Part shown: positions 37,958 to 51,200 of the stretch, in pieces
Position numbering within the stretch: position 1 is the stretch's first letter
Layout: the number at the start of each line of letters is the position of its first letter
Assembly: GCA_038496445.1 (NCBI GenBank)
Contig: JALMLS010000602.1
Coordinates: forward strand, 1-56,793
Length of the DNA: 56,793 nt
Reading direction: 5' to 3'
Origin: Trichosphaerium sp. ATCC 40318
Taxonomy: Eukaryota > Protista > Tubulinea
Position numbers and translations under genes: made by a program
Notes under the pieces: model-generated
What the model was told of the DNA's origin: nothing
The model's input: only the letters and a program-made list of their open reading frames with translations
Database searches by the model: none

Positions 37958-40853
37958 ATGTCTGGTACGTCCACACTATTCGTTTTTTTGATTGACGTTA
38001 CGTTTAATTGTTTCTAATATCGTTTCTTTAGCGCGTGGTCGTGGTTCTGGCGTCAAGAAGCAACTTTCGACAAAGAGAAGCGCTCAGAGTAATCGATTAG
38101 TTGCCTACCTCTCTGGGCGCATTGCTAAGACGCACTTGGTGTCGTATACCAAGAAAGTAAAGCTTTACAAACCAAAGCTCACCGTAAGGGCTCTGGCTGA
38201 GTTAGTCGCCGACTCTAAACCTTCTCGTGCGTATAAAACAACGTTTTAGACTATTTTAGTTGACACTTTGCAACAAATTAAAAAACCTTTCCGTTTAAAT
38301 CTTTAAATTCTGTTTTTAATCCGCCCCACGCTATATTTTTACTTTCTATCCGCACTGTGCCTTTTCTTTTGGGGTTATTTTTGTTTGATTGATTTGAAAA
38401 CAAACAAATTTTTTTTTGCTGTAGCTTCTCTGGTTACTCTTAACTTACCGTATCTACTAGGCGCTCTGCTTAAAAAAAAGGTTGTAGACCTAAAGAAGCA
38501 GGTAAAAAAAGCAGGACTACAAGTAGCTAAACTGAAATCGGCGCTCATCTGGAGGTTGCTACTCGACCAAGAAAGTACGTGACCTGTTTTGAGTTTGGTT
38601 TTTCCGTTAGTACCTGGTCGTTGTTAACACGTATTTAGAAGCAACTTCAGAGCAACCATAAAAGCCTGTTAAAAAGGTAGGCAAGCAGGGGTTCAAGAGG
38701 AAGAAAAAGGTTTCCAAAACTCCCAGGAACGTGAAGAGGCGGAGAACCGAGTCTAAAATTGACCAGAAAACGTCCTCTGCTACGAACGTTTTGCAAGTAG
38801 ATGAGGACAAAGAAGCCAACGCTGCTAAGAACATCTCCAAGGAAATCCAAAAAAGAGATGCAGAACTTGGACAAGAAGCATATAAAAAAACTTCTGAGCA
38901 ACTGGATGAAGCTGCTTCATTGCGCGCCACCAACCAAGTCTTTAAAGACAACGCAGAGTTCCAAGCAAGATTGGATAAGACGACTGAAGTAATGGGTAAA
39001 CAATTTGAAGTAGTGTTTGCAAGACTGGAAAATCAAGATGAAAAGATAGCCAAGCAACAAGAAGTGGTAGCCAAGCAACAAGAAGTGATAGCCAAGCAAC
39101 AAGAAGTGGTAGCCAAGCAACAAGAAGTGATACAAAGTCAAGGTAAAAAAATAGACAAGCAACATGAAGTGAATGCTTCTATCACCTTTCGAATGGACAG
39201 AGAACGGGTAAAACCGAATAGGGACACCACTTGCAGTAGTTTCATTGTTTTCAGTACGTCAAAGAAGTTTTTACTTTTTTTTTTCCATAAAGACTTAATA
39301 CTTACCCAAAAAAGCTCTCTCGAATTTTTGGCTTAATCTGCATGAGAATAAAAAGTATGTGGTTAGTACTCCTTGGTTCTATGCCAAAGAAGTAGCATGC
39401 AACGTTATCGGAGCTGGAGATGATGGAACGCTTGGCGTGGTTAACGAAACAACAGGCGAAATCACTTATCCTGAGAGCACGTTACAGACGATGATGTACA
39501 AGCGCCTTAAAAATTCCGGGATGATGAACTTTAAACCCTTTGACACGCACTCAGAGTTAAAAGGCAGAGTCAAGCGACCAGATATCGTTTTGACGGCTAA
39601 CTTGGATGAGATCAAGTCCGCTTCAACTCTGCGTACTATTATCGTATGGGAGCTGAAGAACGGAGATGGAAAGTTTAGCGTTCAAGATAAAATGCAGTTG
39701 GCGTATGAACTTTTATTACTTTTGCTGCTAGTCTCACACATTTAGGCGTTATTTACCTTGTGCTGTGCTCAAACAAGGTACAAGGACAGCAATAACAGGT
39801 GTATTGTCCAACCGCAAATACGTCATGTTTATAAAGATGGAAGTTGGTGATGATGGCTTCATATTCACTGCAACACCGGAATATGAATTCGATAGTGAAC
39901 ATGCCATGGGTACGAAATTGGTAAATAACCTATTGAGCTGCACGCCAAAGGAACTCGGTTGGCATGTACCGCTGTTCAAGCAAGGTGATAAAACTCATGT
40001 ACCAGTACGTGTACTTGGTTGCGGTGCAACTGCAAGTGTATTCGCTTTGACACCAGGTAATATTGATGGGGTTGGCTGTCAAGTTGTTTCCAAAAGCGAA
40101 CAAGAGATGGGAAAAAATAGAGAGAGAAATATTGATTTTACTTGCAAAAGGGGGTGTACCAAGGATACCTGAGATAGTGCGTGGATATTAACTTAGTGGT
40201 TATTAGTTTGCTTAATGATTTACTTTTTTCCCACAGGTTTTTAATGGTACTTCTGACTGTGGAGTCTAGTATTGTTAGTTTTGTTGTGTGTGATATTGTT
40301 TATTTTTGATATTGTGTTTAGGGACGTTAGTAGAGGGAATATCATCATGTATAATAATGAGTTCATTCTTATTGACTGGAGTACAGTCGTAAAGATTGGC
40401 TCTAAAAAGCCTTATTCTGGGACACTTGTGACAGCATGCCCACATATCCAGCAGTGCCGGTTGAACGGCAAACTAGTTGTCAACCACCCAGCTCATGACC
40501 TTGAAGCATTAGGCAGGACTTATATTATTAACTATCAGTACACTGATAGCACTGCTAAAATGTTGAAGGCTTATAGAAGTATAAATTGGAGAAATGTCAG
40601 AGTGAAGCAAGATAAGTTGCTTGATGCCTTCAATGCTTATTGGAAAGGTGCTTTTGCAGATGAAACTAATAAAAAAGGTCTTGATCTAGCTAGAAAATGT
40701 GACTATGAGGCCTTGAAGAAGTGGTTTGATGCTTCAATGATAAGATATGATACACGATATGATGAAATTTTATTTGCAAAGGTGAATGAATTGTTAGAAG
40801 ATAATGTTAATAAGAGCGACAATGGTGATCTAGTTTATGACTTCTTTTCCTAG
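37958..40853 (+). CDS. Crinkler (CRN)-like protein: SAP-like motif + coiled coil + PD-(D/E)xK nuclease + protein kinase; possibly disrupted
   Basis: KVVDLKKQVKKAGLQVAKLKSALIWRLL; KRPDIVL...IVWELK...DKMQLA; LGCGATASVF, AVK, RDVSRGNII, LIDWS, YSGT and HDLEAL. There is a frameshift in the G-run 40068-40071, and the kinase subdomain V-VIa region looks missing. Confidence 0.7.
39046..39129 (+). repeat. Coding tandem repeat, 4 x 21 bp (heptad [I/V]AKQQEV)
   Basis: (A/G)TAGCCAAGCAACAAGAAGTG repeated four times, alternating A and G. Confidence 0.95.
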
Positions 40854-40936
40854 TGAATAAACAAAAACACTGAAACCGCGTTCTAGGATAGGCTTAAAAG
40901 ATATTGTAATAACACAGTAACAAATTTTACCTGGCA

Positions 40937-41350
40937 GCCATCAACTTCCATCTTTATAAACATGACGTTAGACCAATCCTCAATCCCAACAAAAGCTATT
41001 GCAAGACGATCTGGGAGGAAAGGAACACACTGTCCCTGACCGATAGCTCTGGCGCAGAGCGAGCGTGTGTGGTTTATTTACATAACACGATCGCATGTAC
41101 ATGAATAAATGAAGAAAACGAAAATTTTTTTCAAAGGGCGGTAGTTAGTGGGTGGGTGATTTCTGCTTGCTATCGAATAAACTGCTTCATTTGGTTGCTT
41201 GTCTTTGTTGGATCAGTCCAGCTCGTTCAAACGCCTGAAATGTCTCGCATGTTCAGACGTATTTGCGGTTGGACAATCGCCTGTAATTGCTGTCCTTGTA
41301 CCTTGTTTGAGCACAAGCTAAATAACGCCTAAATGTGTGAGACAGCAGCA
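40937..41350 (-). pseudogene. Inverted fragment of the CRN-like gene (about 39723-39857), split by an insertion
   Basis: 41256-41350 and 40937-40968 are reverse complements of adjacent parts of 39723-39857. Confidence 0.8.
40969..41255. mobile_element. 287-bp insertion with 5-bp target-site duplication (solo-LTR-like)
   Basis: GACGT at 40964-40968 and 41256-41260, present only once in the uninterrupted source sequence. Termini TA...CA, with internal AATAAA motifs. Confidence 0.6.
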
Positions 41351-41799
41351 CTTGTGAGCTGGGACCAGCATCGCTTTTGAGACAGCTGAATACTCCAGAA
41401 CCCTCCTACCATCAAAAAAGTAGCGTTACACTAGTAATTAATCACGTGGCAAACGCGCTAAATCACAAAGTTTGGTTGAGCCGAACATTGAGCATGTTTA
41501 ATCGTATCAGTATGTAGTAGCTACTACATATGTAACGAGATGTATGAACAGAATAAAAAACAGCAATTCTATGTTGTCAAAACAGTTTCTGTAATGAAAC
41601 TATTGTGGCTCGCTTGTAGTACATCAATGAAGAATCTCTTGATTTTTCAAAGAGGTATCGCTTGGTATACAGTGTATGATAATATTAGCTGCGAAATTGG
41701 CGTATAGTCAACTAGTGTTTGTTGTTAAAAATAACACTGATCATAACATGTGATTCAGATTGTAGCCAAAAAGTCAAGACAACATCTTCTCTCCGCCGT

Positions 41800-44079
41800 A
41801 TGTTGTATATTACCTTATATTTTATACTCATATGCGCTTACGCTCCTTTTTGTAACGGTACACGCGACACAAATCTATTTGCATTGGGGTTTTTTTTAAT
41901 CACGTGACTCTACGTAGGAGAGTCGTTTAATGGCAGAGTGTTATTGACGCCTACTTCTGTTACATTTTGTCAAAGCGCAAACCTAGATACAACGAATACT
42001 ACCGCAGATGACATTTATCTATTAAAATTCCTGTTAGCGTGTAAGTAGGGCCTGGTTTTCAAAAAAAGAATTATTCCAAAAAACAACTAAAACGCCAACT
42101 TACGAAGTGATTAGATCCTCCGAACTTGCCTAGAGAATGGGTTACAGTATTAGACTCCACCTTATATCTCCAGATTTATGACGTAGGCCCATCCGGAGCG
42201 TCTGGAACAATACACGAGTTAATGCCTGGGTTTAATTTATCCGAAACACATGCTTGGTCACATTTTCCAAATAACATGGGACCTGGTATTTTTTTTTTCT
42301 TTTCTTTCGAAAAACTCTTTGGTGCTCATTGTTGTACTTATAGTTGCGGGTGTAAATTACGTTACGGAAGCAGCTGGGTCTTATAGTATCTCTACGGATG
42401 GCGTCGTTGAGATAGATGTTACAGATACGATGAAAAGGTGGTTGGATCCAGATGTAACGAAGAATACTGGGTGGCTTATTAAACGTAGTAAGTTTTTTTG
42501 TCGTTTGTTTAAAAGGTTGTTTCAAACTATCTAATTGTACAAAAGACAACCCTCATGGTATCATTGATTGTGGTTCCGTATATAAACCAAGACTTGAGAT
42601 TACATTAGGATCCTTCCCAGTTCCATTTACATGCTTTACTTACAAAGATCCACGCACGTGCTAAAAAAAAAATATCCCTAAGATTTATTCACAACTTACC
42701 AAAAAAGAACCAACGAAATGTTCGCTGTGAATGAACTTCTTTCGTTTGGTATAAGACTTATAACTTGAACGCTCACTTTGGTTTAGTTGGATTAATAAAC
42801 TACCCTGAACCATTCATCGCTTATACTCGCTTTTGTGCTTTTTGTGCAGGTCCTGATTTATTCAAAGAAGGGTTTGCACAGCTTATGCGCGAAATGTTGG
42901 AAGAATCAGGTGGAAATATGGTTTTAAATGGCATCCAAGTAGCTACAACAATAGTAGAACCTATTGCAGATACTGGTGGTATGTTCCTAAATCACCATTT
43001 CTCGACTTAGCGCTACTAAACTTTGCTTTACAGCTGGATTCTGTACAAGTTTGCCTCCAGATCTCAACACAAGAGAAGTGGAAGTATCTTTCGAGTACGC
43101 ACATGGACTTGTATGAGTTTGTGTAGATGTCTAAATATAATTTCAAGAGCTGGTCTAGTTCGGTTAGCGTTTGATACCCGTTTTGAGTATACTACAAAGC
43201 TTCCTGAAGAAATAGGTACTCTCGCAGTGTACGTTTACTTTCAATAACAAGTATTTTGTTTAATAGCTTGTCGATCGTTTGAGTGCAGTGATGACCAAGT
43301 ACTCATCAATGGTACCTTTCAAGGCGAGATATTAACAGGGGACTCTATATTTATTAGAAATGATGTATTGATCAATGGTAACTTCAGTGTACAAGGTATT
43401 GACAAGCTTCATTCTTTCTTCTTTCTTTTAATTTTCTTTCATTCAAAAAGGTCAAATCAAAATTGAATCAACAGAAACTGTACTCACTATCGAGGGATGT
43501 GTATCAGCAACAAATGGTATCAATATTCAATTGGATGACAACGAGACATATGTAGAAGGACAACAAATCATTGAACTATTTACACCTTGTGACATTGATG
43601 TACGAAATCATTTTTATTGATAGTTTTTTTTTTAAATATGACCACCTCCAATTAACTCCATGTTTAGAACACAAGTTTAATTTTGACAGGTGGTGGTGCA
43701 GAGGTACCTCGACCTTATTATTAGTAAAGTTTAAATTAACGCTAAAAAGAGAGATTGTGCAGAACTAATTGCTGAATCAAGTTTATCAGCACGAAGAATA
43801 ACTGTATCAATTTCTGTTGATGAGAGTGGCTGTGGTAGCACTAACGTAGGTGGTGCTAAATCATCGTTCAACAAGAATGCACATATCATTATTCCAGTCA
43901 TAGTTTCTATTGCTGTTGTGATAACACTTGTTTTAATAGCAGCCATTGCTGTGTACAGGTAAGTCAACACAACATTTATAGGACTTTAAACAATTGTGTT
44001 TCTGACCCGCTGTATTACTAGATACCAGCGATTCCATGACATAAAAATTCCAGCATTATCATCGTTCCGTGACCGTTGA
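41800..44079 (+). CDS. Type I membrane protein with DNRLRE-like domain, paralogue 2
   Basis: Same exon structure as 34889-37047. GPSGASGTIHE, IDVTDTMKRWLDPDVTKNTGWLIK, YPEPFIAYTRFCAFC and a TM segment. Confidence 0.7.
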
Positions 44080-44345
44080 TTTTACACAAACTTTTTTTTA
44101 TCTCCAAAGGGGAGAAACTAGCGTTTTTTGTGAAAAAAACTCATATTAAAAAATAAACGACATGAAAACAGTGGTCTATTAAAAATGTTCTACGTATGCA
44201 AGCAACAAGTTCACGAGCCCAATTATTTAATAATCGTTAATCAACAATTGTATAAAGTATATAGAACCAACTGCAAATGGAAATGGAATAGCTCTCCGAT
44301 CAGGAAGATAAACAGAATTGAGCACAGAAACTTGGTTTATTATTT

Positions 44346-45326
44346 TCATTTTTTACAAAGGTGCACTCCCAGACTCACAGGTTTAGCGTATTTTTCGTTG
44401 TGTGGTTCATCAAGGTCTAGTAATGTGAAATGTTTTAAAAAAGCTTTCATATACACGTGCAACGGTCTTCTAAATTCTACAAAATCTGTTGAAAATTTTC
44501 CCCATCTAACAAATGGTTATTGATACAAACTCGAATTTCAAACTCACTGTAGATGTGCTGTATGAGTAGAAAGATATGACATATAGAAATCTCTATAGTT
44601 TTCTGCCTTTGTAACTGAGAAACACGGATGCAAGAAGACAGCAATGACTTAAAATCAAGTATAAGAAAAAACGAAAAAATTCCTCTTGTGTTGAACTTTA
44701 CCTCGTCCTTTTGGTACAAGTACTCTACTGAATGCCTTAATAGTACTATCTAGATCAGGTGTATCCATCAGAACATAATTAGATATAATCAAATCAACAG
44801 AGTTATCAGGTATATGCTTCAACTCTTCGACAGAGTCAACCATTAATTTGGCTGGAGGATCAATATCACAACAGTTCTTTTTAGCAAGTTTAATCATCTT
44901 AGGACTAATATCAACACCAATAACCTGGTCCATTTGTCAACATTACATGTGCTTGTGAAGCATCAGTACCTGTTTAGGCGCTTTAGCGGTCAATTTTCTG
45001 ACCAGGTAGCCATTTCCACATCCTGCGTCCAGGATGACTTTGTTCTATCTCAAACTGTAAACACAGTTAGAGCAACTCATTTGTCTTACGCTGATATCTC
45101 CAACATGCTTCCAAATGAATTTATCGGAGTTTTCGAGCCTGTTCTTGTCACCTTCAATTCCAATCCATGCATTCCATTCTATCAAGTGTTAGACATACGC
45201 TTGAGACTATTGTACAATCAATTACGCGCGTTTCTTTGTTTTACAGCAATGAAGGCTCGCAATTAGCGTAAAAAGTATTAATACCTTCTGCTTTACCATC
45301 CCATACCTCTGCTACGTTTACTGCCA
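44346..45326 (-). CDS. Class I SAM-dependent methyltransferase
   Basis: ILDAGCGNG, VIGVDISPKMI, DNSVDLIISNYVL, RVLVPKGR, HPCF and FRRPLHVY. Confidence 0.92.
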
Positions 45327-45572
45327 TAGTGTTTCCTTTTAAATGACTAGAATATGACTTTTGTAGAAATGTTACCAACTTTTCAACAATCTCTGTCTTT
45401 GGAGCTTTGTGTGGCACAACCTCTAAAAAGATACAACTCTTCGGATTCACACGTGGTTTGACAACAACAGTACATGTAGTCATACTCACAGAGCATGACA
45501 CGATTCAACTTGGACAAGACCTCACAAAACGTGTGCAGAGTCTAGAGGCGTTGTTTTACTTTTACACTATTT

Positions 45573-47932
45573 TCAAACACCTTCTAGTTGAAAACCAAGT
45601 AAAGCTAAGACACCCGAGAACATCTGAGATAATGTCAAGTATGCTGATAGTCCCCATAGACGAACATTAAGTCCAAACCATTCGTAGTATTTATACATTT
45701 TTGTACTCATTGGCAGGTCTTCTACAATGACAACGTTAATGCAAAGCAAACTACGAAGTCAAGTTCTATCTGGTACGTACGTTCTTCTAGCTCTGTGAGG
45801 AATACAGTTCGTGCACAATAAAAGAACATGCTTTGCATATATTTTAAAGGACGTACGCCTAACCGAGTATTCAAGAGACGTAGTAGATCACTAAAAGACT
45901 TTGTTAATTCAGTGCTTTAGGAGTATGGGAAGTTTTACAGTTTGTAACATCTGATACTTACTTTGTCTTCAAGAGGAGTACAAGTGGTGGAGGTATTTCT
46001 TGTAGGATATGAGTTATCTGGTCCAAGTACTTGCCTATATTATCACGCATAGATTCTTTACTCATTTCTGTTTCAAGTTGTAGCTGTGTCTTTCCTTTGC
46101 TGTAAAAGAACCTCAATAAGACAAGAAGTATTCTGTAATATACTTACGCTTCCTTCCAAGGTGTAGCTGTTATCATGGCAGCAAATAATCGATAATTATC
46201 AACACCAAGAAGCTGTGCATATTTTGCAATATTATCTTCATCTTTTTTGAGAATAGACATCCACAACTTGCTGTAGTTATACCTGAACAATAAGTGTTAG
46301 AATCAATAGGATACATATATTTTACTAGAGAAGGACATACCTAAAGTCATCTTCGTATTGCAAGCACAATCCATTATCAAGTAATACTACTTGAAAATCA
46401 CCACTCTTTTCTGGATGTTTTCGAACCATGATCTGACACAAGATGTGGTGAGCTTTTTTCTTGATTATATGAGGTGGTAGTAACACGTACATTACCGGCA
46501 TGTGGATCACAATGTACGAATCTGTATCGGAAAAATGAGGTTGAGAAAGTTAATAAGTGAAACGTACCCATGGGAAAAAATTTGAGTATTAAAAATATTG
46601 TTTACACAGCGTGCTACAGCGCTTGGTTTAGCACCAAGTGCTTTGAGACCTTCGATATCATTTGCAAGAGACCCACGAATAAACTCTTGAACTAGAATAA
46701 CTTTTGTTGTATATCTCTAAACAAGCATGTTAGAGGTTTAGTTTAAAAGTACATCAACGTTTTTTTTTTTTTTTTTTTGGAATGTACCTCATGTATAATA
46801 GGTGTATGAAAAGTTGGATCGTCAGCAAATAGTTCTCTCATTCTATTCGCATTATGGGCCTCTAATTCAAAGTCTAGTTCTTGAGGTAAATTTCGGTGGA
46901 GCTCTCTTTATGTTTGTTAGTGCTTTTGAAAAAAACGATTTTGACAACTTTACCTAATAAGCCACTCGAATTTATAGTTTGGGAATACCTTAGCCTCGGT
47001 GTTAGAACAACGAATAGTGTACTTCATTCTTACCTTAGATGCTATTGTAACAAGTAATGTAACAGTTTTAACATCTGCCCATGCCTAATGTCAGAGTGAG
47101 TTCAGTAGCTTCAGATATTTCAGTGAAAGCACGTACTTGTTCTGATACATCAAAATATTGCACCTAGAAATATGTAACTAAATGGTTTTCAAGATCGTAA
47201 TACGGTGTACCTTCACTGCTACTTCTTCACCTGTCTTTAATTTACCACGATGAACTTGTCCGAGACTCGCAGCGGCAATAGGTTTCTTATCAAACTAGAA
47301 ATGTCATTGTTAACATTGACACGAAATGTCACATTTTACCTCTTCAAAAATATCCGAAGGAAGCCTACTGAAGCAACTTTTGAATTGTTCTTCAACTTGC
47401 TCATATGGAACAGGAGGACATTCATTATATAAGCCAGAAAAAGTAGTTGTATACTCTTCAGGGATTATAAAAAAAAGACTTGACATGTGTTGCCCAATTT
47501 TTACGTATACACCTCCTTGTTCTTTAAATAATTTCATTAATTTATCAGCAGAGCGTTGGTGTATCTATAGTTTTGGTGAGCACGTGAGTGGAATCAAGGT
47601 GGAAATCACTTACAGTTTTTAGCGTGTTGTTGTACTCTTCTCCTTTGAGGTCACGTAGAGAGTAATAATAGTCGTAGCCAACGCCGAAAGCGACAAATCT
47701 ATTGGAACCAAAGTCAGGTTTTCTTAAAGGAGGTTAGATAGGCGTACGATGTTTTTATAGCGCGCGCAACTTGTCTGCAAGCTCTTTTAACTGGGTAAAT
47801 CAATCCTGCGAGTGGAACCAAAGAAAGAAGAAATAGTTTGGTGCTCATAGATGTCTTTGCCACTGTGGCTGCTTCAACAGCCACTTGACGTGTAAAAACT
47901 TTATTATACTTACGAAAGTTAGCGTAAAACAT
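45573..47932 (-). CDS. ABC1/UbiB atypical kinase, ADCK1-like
   Basis: [53 protein letters not shown] and VVLLDNGL, with a basic mitochondrial-type N-terminus. Confidence 0.93.
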
Positions 47933-48208
47933 ATGTGGACGCGTACAGATTGTTTTAGAGCGAATCTAGCTGAAAACGGAGCAATTGTATGTGTGACGCT
48001 TCTAGACGCGTATTGAAGCGCCGTACGACGCCTTACGCTTGCACCAGGTAATTCAAATGCGTACATGGTGTTTTTACTGGGTATGAGACATTGTATGTGA
48101 AGTCACGTTTAAAGTTCTTGTGTACTTCTGCTGACCAGCGCACTACCTGTAGTATTGTCTGTTGTACCAAACACGTTGACATTACCGTCATTGATGCCAT
48201 AGTGACAG

Positions 48209-51200
48209 ACCTGTGCCTATCTGACAAGTATTAAATTTAGTGTTTGTGCTGTTATGGAAGAAACGCTTATAGATTGGGTGGAGAAAGTTGTTGAGTGCAA
48301 ATTGGATGCAAATGATTTACATGGGTAATAGTCAGCCTAAAATGATTTACGTTGTTAACAGTGCGTAGATCTCTCCGCTCTGGCGTTGTACTGTGCAAGT
48401 ACGTAGTGACAACGTTATTTGTTTCGAAATGTATGTCTAAATACACCCTAGGCTCGTTTCTAAACTTAAACCCGACGTCATAGATGATTTTAATGACGGG
48501 GAAGGCAAACTACATACTTTGCTTGAACGGGTACGTTTTAACACGTAAACCGCTCAAACACATCATAAAACGGCGCCTAGGAGAACATTGGCATTTTTTT
48601 AGACAGCTGTTGGCAACTTGGTATTCCGTCCGATGAACTCTTCGTTACAAGTGACCTTCACGAGGATGAGGGCATGGACATGGTACAATTAAATTCACAC
48701 AAGTACGTTCAAACCGCTTATCATGATGTTCAGGTTCTAGGTTGCATAAAAGCAATAGCAAGGGAATGTCCTAACTGGGGATGGACTGGAATAACACTTG
48801 CTTCAGATGAAGCCCAAAGCGGAAGTGAAATTCCTCATGCAACTAGTTCTCCCTCAAAAGTTGGTAGTGTAAACTCTAGTGTAAGTGAAGAGACACTACA
48901 AGAACTGGAAGAGCTTCGAGCTGACTTAGAACGCGCAAGAGAGGACTTGGGGGAGATTCACGATGGTAAGAAAGAAAACAAAAAACTTTTCAATTGCTGT
49001 TCCAAAAAATCGCAGTTTCTTGACATACTTCTTTTAGAGATGGATCAACAGAAACTTATGTATGATAGCGAAATAAATTTACTTGAAGAAAATGTTCTCG
49101 ATTTAGAGGATCAAATTGATGTATTAATGGAGGTAAACAAACAAAAACTCTTTCGAGTTTAGAAATGAAACACTTCTAATCCTATATTTTTCTTGTCATT
49201 TTTGTTAACACAATGTCAAGGAAAATCGAAAGATTGTTTATGCCAATGCAAAGCTTGAAGGACAAGTGAAAGGTATTGCGAATAAACATAAATCTACCGC
49301 TGAAACAGAGGTACGTATAACATATTTTTACGTTCTTGAAAAAGCAGTACAAAATGCTTACAGTTTGTTTAAATAGATGGTAAAAGATTTAATCAACAGG
49401 CTTTCAATGGAGGAAGAAGAGAATAATAAATTAATCTCTGAACTACAACGTAAGCTTAGAGAAGCTAAGGAACAACTATACAATGTAGAAGACGCCAATA
49501 TTGAGCTTGAGTACCAAGTAACAGAATTGCAGGTACCCAAAAAAAAGTTCACTTTTTTTCCATCTGTAGCTAATACATTGTACTCAGACAAGGCTTAATA
49601 CAGTTTCTCAGTTTGAAACAACATCTGATGAAGCTATGGATCAAATAAAGAGCCTACGTGCTGAATTACAAGAATCAACAGCAAAAACTGCTGATTTAGA
49701 AGCAAAGAGCACTAGAGATACTGATGCATTAGCATCTGTTCGTATGCTAGCTCAAACAAAGTTTGAGGAAGTAAAGAAGCTAGAAAAGGAGAAAATGCTA
49801 TTGAATGATGAAATGCTAACAAAGAAGAATGCTTACACAATGAAGATTAATCAGCTCAACGTACGACATGAGTTTTTTTTCTGTTTTTTTATCTTTCATC
49901 AAACGTGTTTAAACAACAATTCTCCGTTATAATATAGCAAAAAATACATTTGTTTGAGTACATCAATTCACATGCAATGGCCTTGTGTTTTAAGGGCTTA
50001 CTTGTAATAACTACATAGGACGAGATAAATCGTGTTTCTGTTGAGAATTATAAATACAAAGAAACAAATGATAACTTAACACAACAAGTTGCTGATCTTC
50101 ATAAAAATGCAGAAAAAGCAGGTAAACCTGTTGGTGCTATAGACAAGAGTAAGCTTAACTATGAAGTGAGATACAGAGGACTGGGTACGTTCTTCTTTTT
50201 GGTCTTCTTGGTTTTTTTCTTAATTTGAATTTTCAAACTTTTTCTTATTCTTGTGTAGAGCGCCAATTAGCTGGCTTGACAACAGCCAGAGATAACGCTG
50301 ATGCACGCATTGAGTCTCTTCTTTTACAGTTACAAATGGAAAAGAAGCGTGTTGATGAGTTAGCACTCTCTGAAGCTGGGTTAAAGACTCAAGTCGGTAA
50401 GATGAAGAACCACTCTAGAAATGCTATAAACATGGCAAAAGAAGAGATAATGCTCTTAAAGAAACAAAAAACAATACAAACAAAAGCTCTTGCAAGAGCT
50501 GAGAGTAATATAAAGGGATTAAAACTAAACCTAAGCTCTCTAAAAAGTCAGCATACAATACTTGTTAAACAAAAAGTTAATCAACGTGCATCTCTTCAAA
50601 TAAATGCACCTGGACAAAGTAGTGATAAGATTAGAATGCTTGAACAAGAGCTTGTTAATGTAAAAAGAACACACGCCAATACTTTGGCAAAGATTAAACA
50701 ACAGATCACTGAAGAGAGGCAAAGAGCTAAAAATAGGTACAAAGAGTTATTGTTTTTTGCTTTTCGGATTTTCTCCTTCTTTCTTCTTTCTTTCTTCTAA
50801 ATACGTGTTCTTGTAGAGAAGCTGAGTATAAGAAACAAGCAGATACAGCGAATACTAGGCTAGTAGAAGAACTACAAAAGCTTAATAACCTAAGACAACG
50901 GTTTATTGCTGTTTCTAAAGAAAAAGCAGATGTTGAGATGAAGCTTGCAAAACTAACAGAAATCAATAATAAGCAACATAAAGAGATACAAACAGTCAAA
51001 GAACATGCCAACGAGAAGAAGAAAAAGAGGTAACAGTAATCACTCCTCTACCACCTCGTTGGTAGTCACTTAAAGTTGCTTGCTAACTGTTTTTGTCGTA
51101 GACGTCAAACTATTGCTTTGCGACAACAAAATGAAGCTAATGTTCATGCTCTCATTGAAAAGAATAGAGCTAAACGCCAAGACCGTAGCACTGTTTATTT

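Noticed and set aside
39046-39129. CRISPR-like array
   Set aside because: The repeats are contiguous, in frame and have no spacers. They encode a coiled coil.
44560-44606. Additional GC-AG intron in the methyltransferase gene
   Set aside because: The frame reads through this stretch, and a canonical phase-2 GTGAGT...TTAG intron just downstream restores the protein.
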